Below are positions 6,172-11,815 of a DNA stretch of 11,815 nt, piece after piece. Under the pieces are notes generated by a model that was given only the letters and a program-made list of their open reading frames with translations, was not told where the DNA came from and did not search any database. A program made the translations under genes and the position numbers. The number at the start of each line of letters is the position of its first letter. Within the stretch, counting starts at the first letter, position 1. This stretch comes from a virus, in the UHGV virus genome UHGV-0038384; one strand, 5' to 3'.

Positions 6172-7920
6172 TTATAAAAACGCGTCACAATCATCAGTTG
6201 TAATTGCGTTGGTCTGCGTTACTCCCTTAACTCTCCGCGTAATATATTCATGTCCGTAAACTTTTGCCGCTGGCTTCATGGCCTTGCTGAACTCAGCCAC
6301 GTTTAGCGGTTTGCTCCTGCCTGCGTATGCCATAAACGCCAGATAGACGCGGTAAAGGCTGTTTCTGGTCGTGTACTTCACGGAATCGCCACCGCCACCC
6401 ATCATCAGGCCGCGCGCTTCCTCCAGAAAATTCAGGAACTGGCAAAACTCAATAACCGGATCCGTCTGTTGCTTTATCGCCAGTGCTTCATCACCGTCGC
6501 GCTGTTCCAGTAATAAAGCCCGTGCCTTTTCAGGGTCGGCAAAATTAGCCAGCAAGCGACGGATAATTACGGGGATTTCAGCCGCGACCTTCTCCGGCAA
6601 ATCCTTGTCTTTTTCGTCCTCCCTTACAATGTTGTCGAACCGGAAAATCACCCGACGGCGTGACACACCTCCGGCCCGCTCGGTGAATATCATCGGGTTA
6701 TTGTTGGTAGCCAGCACCACCGCCCTGATTACCGCCGTGAAACGCTTTTCATATTTCGGGTTAATTTCCACGGGGTCGCCGCCTGTGATTTTCTTGATGC
6801 CCGTTCCTTCGCCTGTATATTTCGGCTGGTCAGCCAGGACGATAAGACGACTCCCGACAACCTGCGCACGTCCACCAGCATCATCAAGCGATGTCATTTC
6901 AGCGCTTACCGTGTTCTGTTTCCCTGCCAGAAGGCTGGCTATGTGTGTGAATGTACTTTTACCGCTACCGCCCTCTCCGGTGGCCTCAATAAACATCTGC
7001 CAGTCGTACCGGTTCGCCATAATCATGTACAGCGCGGCACATATACGCATCATCTTGCGCGAGTCTTTTCCGGCTGCGTGCTCAAGCCATTTATGAAAGT
7101 TTGGCGCGTTATCGCGGATGTTCTCCCCTGGTGCTGGTGGCGTGTACTCAATGCCGTTGTTCGTGGTGATCCAGTTCTCCGGCGTGTGCGGGGAAAATTC
7201 CCCCGTTTTCAGGTCAAGCGCACCATTGGCGAACGGCAGCAAATCGCCGGACGGCTCGCCCATTGGTTCGGCAATAACTTTTAACGCTTCCACGGCGTTA
7301 TTGATTACGCGCTTGCTGAAAGTGGCCCTGTGCTCTGAATAGATCGCCACCATTTCGCGGCTAAGTTCCATTGTGCTGACCGGACACCATACCCCGCCGC
7401 GCCATACGTGAACGATTTCACTTTCCGGATGCACACAAACGCCATCAAATCGACCAGCAAGCATCTGTGCGCGCTCACTGTCTGCCATTTGTGCCAGTTG
7501 CGTATTTTTCTGCTCCGGCATGGTAAGCCCTGCGGCAATATTTTCACGCTCAGCATTCAGATAGCGCCGCCAGTTTTCACACTTCTGGACGTGCATTCCT
7601 TCGGGGTAAAAATTTGCGTCCTGAATATCTGCCGCCGCCAGCTTCTGACCAATCTTTTTGGTCTCCACCAAATCCAGTTCTCCGGCCTGGTACAGCCTTA
7701 CGCGTTTTTTTCCATCAGGAACAATTTGCAGTGCATCAAGTTCGGCAAGCTGATTTGGCCCAAGCCACACAGGAGGCACATTATCGCCGGATGCGGGGCC
7801 GTCCTGCTCCTGCCACTGTTTTGCATGTGCCCACGCATCACTACCCGCGAAAATAATCACCTCTGTGTCTTTGTGTTTTATTCCGCGTGGCTGTTTTTTT
7901 ACGTTCGGTGCCAGTTTCAT
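6172..7920 (-). CDS. Primase / replication initiator with P4-family (D5-like) NTPase-helicase domain
   Basis: 582 aa; Walker A motif EATGEGGSGKSTF and Walker B-like RLIVLADQ in the C-terminal half; start overlaps the upstream ORF stop (ATGA); iterons lie immediately downstream. Confidence 0.85.
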   Translation of the reverse strand: MKLAPNVKKQPRGIKHKDTEVIIFAGSDAWAHAKQWQEQDGPASGDNVPPVWLGPNQLAELDALQIVPDGKKRVRLYQAGELDLVETKKIGQKLAAADIQDANFYPEGMHVQKCENWRRYLNAERENIAAGLTMPEQKNTQLAQMADSERAQMLAGRFDGVCVHPESEIVHVWRGGVWCPVSTMELSREMVAIYSEHRATFSKRVINNAVEALKVIAEPMGEPSGDLLPFANGALDLKTGEFSPHTPENWITTNNGIEYTPPAPGENIRDNAPNFHKWLEHAAGKDSRKMMRICAALYMIMANRYDWQMFIEATGEGGSGKSTFTHIASLLAGKQNTVSAEMTSLDDAGGRAQVVGSRLIVLADQPKYTGEGTGIKKITGGDPVEINPKYEKRFTAVIRAVVLATNNNPMIFTERAGGVSRRRVIFRFDNIVREDEKDKDLPEKVAAEIPVIIRRLLANFADPEKARALLLEQRDGDEALAIKQQTDPVIEFCQFLNFLEEARGLMMGGGGDSVKYTTRNSLYRVYLAFMAYAGRSKPLNVAEFSKAMKPAAKVYGHEYITRRVKGVTQTNAITTDDCDAFL

Positions 7921-8216
7921 TTTTTACCCCTGAATACGTTAAGCATCTTTTTTATTTCCTGAATATTGGCGCGTGCTTTCTCCCTGCTGGTTGGAACGTT
8001 ACGCGGTACAGCCTGCACCAGAGAAAAATCACGGTCGAACTGATAAACAGGCATCACGCAATCATATTCGTAGCCTTCACGACGGTAGGTTACGCGCCGT
8101 TCCTCCACGCCCTTAATCATTACCGTGCCGCCGTACTGGTCGCGGTAAATATCACCGCGCATGAATTTAGTGCGAGTTTTGCCACTGGCAGTTAAGCCAG
8201 AATATTTAAGTTTCAT
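7917..8216 (-). CDS. Hypothetical 99-aa basic protein coupled to the primase gene
   Basis: ATG at 8216 with a GGAG Shine-Dalgarno; its stop overlaps the primase start; no family recognised. Confidence 0.55.
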   Translation of the reverse strand: MKLKYSGLTASGKTRTKFMRGDIYRDQYGGTVMIKGVEERRVTYRREGYEYDCVMPVYQFDRDFSLVQAVPRNVPTSREKARANIQEIKKMLNVFRGKK

Positions 8217-8221
8217 TATTT

Positions 8222-8449
8222 TTATTCTCCGGTATGGGGCGAGTTATTATTCTCGTGAATTGCCATCACTGTATTTAATTCATTAATAACAGGCGTTAAT
8301 AGCGTACGCACGGCAGAAAACATCATTGAATCAGATTCATCGCCACTTTCCGGCACATCAATTAACTTAAGTAGTAATGCGTCCATTTCCTTTGCGAGGA
8401 TTAATGCGTTTTCAGAATGAACAAGAACATCAAAGGGTATTTTATGCAT
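8222..8449 (-). CDS. Hypothetical 75-aa acidic protein
   Basis: ATG at 8449 preceded by GGGGGGGAG; ends 5 nt before the 99-aa gene start. The track's 109-aa version begins upstream inside the preceding repeat unit. Confidence 0.5.
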   Translation of the reverse strand: MHKIPFDVLVHSENALILAKEMDALLLKLIDVPESGDESDSMMFSAVRTLLTPVINELNTVMAIHENNNSPHTGE

Positions 8450-8612
8450 GACTCCCCCCCTGGCGAATACGGGCGACAAAAATAAGATGTGCGTGCGGCA
8501 ACTGGGCGCGGGCTTCGCGTTCAGTGGCTGCGGTAACGGTGAATATTGCAATGCTGTCTGTCAGGCACTGCATAAAGCGCCAGACAAAGTAAGGGCGTGC
8601 GGATACAGCCAT
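8442..8612 (-). CDS. Small repeated protein, unit 3 (56 aa), possibly Icd-like
   Basis: AGGAG Shine-Dalgarno plus ATG at 8612. Translation MAVSARPYFVWRFMQ...VTAATEREARAQLP...FVARIRQGGSHA shares motifs with unit 2. Icd-like assignment is from memory of the family and is uncertain. Confidence 0.35.
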   Translation of the reverse strand: MAVSARPYFVWRFMQCLTDSIAIFTVTAATEREARAQLPHAHLIFVARIRQGGSHA

Positions 8613-8898
8613 GTGAAAGGCTCCTACAGTAATTTTAAGGAGTCTCGCTACTACGCTGTCAAACATGGTGGCGAGACGTAACAGGGTTGACAGACTGGCA
8701 CTGTAGAGACCAGCGAGCGCAAAGGCTCCCCCGTTACGCCCCGCCATAATGCGGGTATGGGTAGGTTTACGGACACAAAAAAACCGCATATCGGAATGTA
8801 AGCGGCTGTCCGCTACAGTATTCAGGCTGTCAAACCCGGTCGCCATGTGGGCGACGGGGGAAGCATACAGCCCCGTGATAATTTTTTGCAAGCGGTTT

Positions 8899-9087
8899 TT
8901 ACGCATGATGTGACCCCTGACGAATACGAGCGGCAAATACAGCAACACAACCTGACGGGCAACGGCTACGCGCTTCGCGTTCTGTCCAGGCGGTTACGTG
9001 GATGATTTGAGATTCTGACGCGCCAAAGATGATAAAGCGCCAGATAAATGCGGTTTGAGAATGTACAAGGGTAGGGATAGTAGCCAT
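8899..9087 (-). CDS. Small repeated protein, unit 2 (62 aa), possibly Icd-like
   Basis: GAGGAGG Shine-Dalgarno 8 nt before ATG at 9087. Translation MATIPTLVHSQTAFIWRF...VTAWTEREARSRCP...FAARIRQGSHHA. Confidence 0.4.
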   Translation of the reverse strand: MATIPTLVHSQTAFIWRFIIFGASESQIIHVTAWTEREARSRCPSGCVAVFAARIRQGSHHA

Positions 9088-9456
9088 GTTGGCAGCCTCC
9101 TCAGTGTGGTTAAGATAACCGCCACGCAAAAGGCTAATTTCGCTGGTGGCGGACTGTACAGGGTTAGCCTTACCGGACACTGAAGAAACCGGCGCGGATT
9201 GCTCCGCCCCCGTACAGCCCACCATTGATAAGGTGTGACTATGCGGCACAAAAAAACACGCGGGGCGCGTGCTGTGCGCTTCAGTTGTTTTCAGGAGGCT
9301 AATCCCGACACCCGTTTTATGAGGTGCGCGGGAATCATAGCCATTTTTGCTGGTGGCGATCAAGCGGTTTTTTTCTCCGGCACTCAGTGCCAGAAAACGC
9401 CACACAAAGGCCGTTTGTGTGTGTACAAGGTGTGGTATATGATTTACGGCAACCAT
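9088..9456 (-). CDS. Small repeated protein, unit 1: N-terminal homologue with a degenerate tail, fused in frame to unit 2 with no stop of its own
   Basis: AGGAG Shine-Dalgarno plus ATG at 9456; MVAVNHIPHLVHTQTAFVWRFLALSAGE parallels the unit 2 N-terminus; the frame stays open to the unit 2 stop at 8899. Confidence 0.25.
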
Positions 9457-9536
9457 AACGGCTCCTAGTTTACGTTGTTGGTTAGAAGCCCCGTTACTGC
9501 TCCTACAGTGCGGGGCTTTGCTTTTTGTGTTGATTG

Positions 9537-9557
9537 TGTGTAATGTGTCATTACACA
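9537..9557. promoter_or_regulatory. Inverted repeat upstream of the Arc-like gene, candidate autoregulatory operator
   Basis: TGTGTAATG-N3-CATTACACA (9-bp arms) about 30 bp upstream of the GTG start at 9586. Confidence 0.35.
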
Positions 9558-9585
9558 TAAATACATTACATGAGGTGTAATTAAC

Positions 9586-9765
9586 GTGTCAACACACAAA
9601 AACGAAAGGCGTGGTAATCCTCCGTTCCAGTTCCGTTTAGATCCTGACTTACGGGAAAAGATGGAAAAGGCACAACAACAGGACGGCGATGATTCTCTTG
9701 CTGCCTGGATAAAGCGAATAATCCGCAAAGAATTACAGCAACGCGGCATAGAACCCAAAGGATAA
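9586..9765 (+). CDS. Arc/Mnt-type ribbon-helix-helix DNA-binding protein (59 aa, GTG start)
   Basis: Not in the ORF track (below its length cutoff). GAGGTG Shine-Dalgarno 8 nt before GTG. Translation VSTHKNERRGNPPFQFRLDPDLREKMEKAQQQDGDDSLAAWIKRIIRKELQQRGIEPKG fits the RHH pattern (P.F.FRL...LREK.......G.S......RI). Confidence 0.55.
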   Translation: MSTHKNERRGNPPFQFRLDPDLREKMEKAQQQDGDDSLAAWIKRIIRKELQQRGIEPKG

Positions 9766-10147
9766 AAACTATCAGCGCCGTGGTGTGAGGTACTCCGGCG
9801 CATTGCTTTACAGGCGCACACAATGACCAACGAAGAATCAACCGAAAAAACATCACCTGCACGAAAAAGACGACGCAGAAAGAAAGAGCATGAATCAGAA
9901 CGATTCGCGCCGTGTTCTTTTGCCCTTGAGAAGTACCTTAAAGAATACTCATCAAAGGAGAGAGCTTCGCAGTTATGGCAACGAACTGAACCAGACTGAT
10001 TGCATTGCCCACCAGCCTGATAGCGGCTATCATCCCCGTGCTTATGTTTGGGATCACACACACAAACAGCGCAGCGGGTTATCTGTTCAGAAAGACGGCT
10101 CCATATCGGGGCCGCTTTTTTCGTGTTTGTCATATCTGTGATACCCG

Positions 10148-10354
10148 TTAAGCAGCCGTTCCGCGTGCTTCCTCTTCGCGTTCTTTCTGCCAGGACAACA
10201 CATCATCCTCATACCATCCGCGACGGCGTAAACCAACGCGAAAACCCTGCGGAAATTCTCCGGCGTTGATCATGCTTTGCAGCGTGCTGTCTGCCTTGAT
10301 GTGGATAATTTTTTTTACTTCCTGGCGAAAGATAATTTTTCTGATTGCTTCCAT
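10148..10354 (-). CDS. alpA: AlpA-family transcriptional regulator (prophage CP4-57 regulatory protein type)
   Basis: 68 aa; IIFRQEVKKIIHIKADSTLQSMINAGEFPQGFRVGLRRRGWYEDDVLSWQ matches the AlpA helix-turn-helix pattern; lies on the integrase side of the operon. Confidence 0.8.
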   Translation of the reverse strand: MEAIRKIIFRQEVKKIIHIKADSTLQSMINAGEFPQGFRVGLRRRGWYEDDVLSWQKEREEEARGTAA

Positions 10355-10431
10355 CGTGATTTACCTTGTGAATCCGGTGTATTCCGGTGACAAATACGGT
10401 AAATCATCAGATATGGGTAAAAACAGTTCCC

Positions 10432-10447
10432 ACCGTTTTTAAACGGT
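10432..10447. promoter_or_regulatory. Palindrome upstream of alpA
   Basis: ACCGTTTTTAAACGGT, perfect inverted arms ACCGTTT / AAACGGT, followed by a partial repeat ACACCGTTTTTT; sits between the int-operon terminator and the alpA start. Confidence 0.3.
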
Positions 10448-10487
10448 ATACACCGTTTTTTATATTGATGATTTGAAATGGAATTAT

Positions 10488-10510
10488 AAAAAAAGCGGCA
10501 TTTCTGCCGC
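10488..10510 (-). terminator. Minus-strand rho-independent terminator after the int / ORF83 unit
   Basis: On the minus strand: stem GCGGCA, loop GAAA, stem TGCCGC, then T7. Confidence 0.55.
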
Positions 10511-10521
10511 TTCCAGGATTG

Positions 10522-10773
10522 TTACCGCCATTTTTTGGGCCTGCCTCCGATCTTCATAGATGCCGGACGTACGACCTTATCAATACTTACCGCCAGATTT
10601 CTGGAAGCGCCACGGGATACCAGAAAATCTACTACCTGTTTTTTTGATGGGGCCGTCGTTCTGTCCTCCGGATCGTAGGTTGACCAAAATTCATGCTGAA
10701 CCATCAGGGCCAGTTGCAGCCCGTCGCAATTGCATCTGATATTTTTTTGCATCTTAACGGTTTCATGTTTCAC
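10522..10773 (-). CDS. Hypothetical 83-aa protein between int and alpA
   Basis: ORF starting with GTG at 10773 (alternative ATG at 10752); followed directly by a terminator; weak ribosome-binding site; no family recognised. Confidence 0.3.
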   Translation of the reverse strand: MKHETVKMQKNIRCNCDGLQLALMVQHEFWSTYDPEDRTTAPSKKQVVDFLVSRGASRNLAVSIDKVVRPASMKIGGRPKKWR

Positions 10774-10850
10774 GGCCTTGTCGTTAAATTTGATGCAATT
10801 ATACGACGGTTTTACATGGTTTTCGTAGTTTTTACTGGTTTTCTGTACAG

Positions 10851-11815
10851 CTACACGGCTCGGATACCCCTTTTACCACTGGCGAGGGTTACGCCCGTCG
10901 CCGCAGCCTCGACAAATTCGCCCCACCAGCGCATCAGCACGATGCGTTTTTCTATGTAGTTGCTCCGGTTGTATGCCCGTCTAACTTCGTTGGTGTCGAC
11001 GTGGGCAAGTGCCGCCTCTATTACGTCCGGCTCGAATCCTTCCTCGTTCGCTGCTGTGCTGAATATGGCGCGTAATCCATGAGACACCAGCACGCCAGCG
11101 AATCCCATACGCCGCAATGCTGCGTTAGCTGTCTGGCTGTTCATCGGCTGCTGTGGGTCTTTCAGACTTGGGAAAACGTAATTGCGGTGGTGGCTGATTG
11201 GTTTCATGGCCTCCAGCACCGCCATAGCCTGACCGGAAAGCGGGATAACGTGATCCCTGCGCATCTTCATGCGTCCGGCAGGTATCGTCCATTGCTTCGC
11301 GTCCAGGTTGATTTCATCCCACCGCGTTGATGACGCTTCGGCGGGACGGGTTACGGTCAGTAACTGCCATTCAATCAGTAATCTGGTCTGCCGTTCTGTT
11401 GCCGATACTGATAAAGCCTGCATAAGCTCGGGCAGCTGTTCGGGGCGGATTGTTGGCATATGTTTTTTTACAGGTGAGGGAAACGCCTTACGCACATTCA
11501 TAGCCGGATTGGCATCAATCAGCCCACTGTTGGCGGCGTAATCCATTACCTCATTAACGCGCTGTAAAACCCGCTTGAGTGTTTCCAGGTTGCCGCGCTC
11601 CTTGATGGGGGTAAGCACTTCAACGAACCTTCGGGCGGTGAGGGTATCTATTGGCGTGTTGCCGATGAACGGGAATACATATTTATCCAGCGAACGCCAG
11701 ATGTCTTTAATCGTGTTGGGGGCCAGATTCTGGCTGATTTTCACCTGGTACCATGCCGCCGCCACATTTTCGAACGTGTTCCCTTGTCTTCGGGCCTCTG
11801 TCTCTCTTTTTTGCC
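10851..11815 (-). CDS. int: Tyrosine integrase, P4 / phage-integrase family; 5' end outside the window
   Basis: Catalytic-domain motifs (HGLRAIFSTAANEEGF, ALAHVDTNEVRRAYNRSNY) and core-binding region. The frame remains open from the track's GTG at 11765 to the window edge, so the N-terminal domain is upstream of the window. Confidence 0.85.
   Translation of the reverse strand, partial: QKRETEARRQGNTFENVAAAWYQVKISQNLAPNTIKDIWRSLDKYVFPFIGNTPIDTLTARRFVEVLTPIKERGNLETLKRVLQRVNEVMDYAANSGLIDANPAMNVRKAFPSPVKKHMPTIRPEQLPELMQALSVSATERQTRLLIEWQLLTVTRPAEASSTRWDEINLDAKQWTIPAGRMKMRRDHVIPLSGQAMAVLEAMKPISHHRNYVFPSLKDPQQPMNSQTANAALRRMGFAGVLVSHGLRAIFSTAANEEGFEPDVIEAALAHVDTNEVRRAYNRSNYIEKRIVLMRWWGEFVEAAATGVTLASGKRGIRAV

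Noticed and set aside
6371-7962. Plus-strand ORFs (241, 113, 74, 184 and 80 aa) opposite the primase-helicase gene
   Set aside because: All are antisense to a long gene with clear Walker A/B motifs; no ribosome-binding sites and no recognisable motifs.
8448-9468. Plus-strand 77-aa ORFs (8448..8681 and 9235..9468) in the repeat array
   Set aside because: Antisense to the minus-strand units that carry strong Shine-Dalgarno sites and conserved peptide motifs; the two plus-strand ORFs exist only because the underlying DNA is repeated.
9823-9999. 58-aa polybasic plus-strand ORF downstream of the RHH gene
   Set aside because: No Shine-Dalgarno and a low-complexity KR-rich translation; kept only as a remote possibility for a toxin partner of the RHH protein.
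9465-10133. 222-aa minus-strand ORF spanning the RHH gene and the gap before alpA
   Set aside because: Cys/Ser/Arg-rich low-complexity translation generated by CA-rich plus-strand sequence; poor ribosome-binding site; fully antisense to a well-supported RHH gene.

Overview
This window reads as most of a phage satellite or phage-inducible chromosomal island (PICI-like) from an enterobacterium, with nearly all genes on the minus strand. All homology calls below are from reading the translations and recalling family motifs; no database search was run. From right to left: a P4-family tyrosine integrase (N-terminus beyond the window edge), an AlpA-type regulator, a convergent Arc-like ribbon-helix-helix gene on the plus strand, a tandem array of three diverged small-ORF units (possibly Icd-like), two small coupled ORFs, a 582-aa primase-helicase, an iteron-type origin, an accessory operon (ORF92, ssb, perC-like), a capsid module with homologues of lambda major capsid protein E and decoration protein D, and a lambda-type cos site present as two inverted copies with a cosB-like repeat segment between them. 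The left 850 bp is a degraded autotransporter gene. No tRNA, CRISPR array, transposase, terminase or portal gene was recognised. The most unusual features are the dual inverted cos sites, the E/D-like pair in reversed order on a satellite backbone, and the triplicated small-ORF array.
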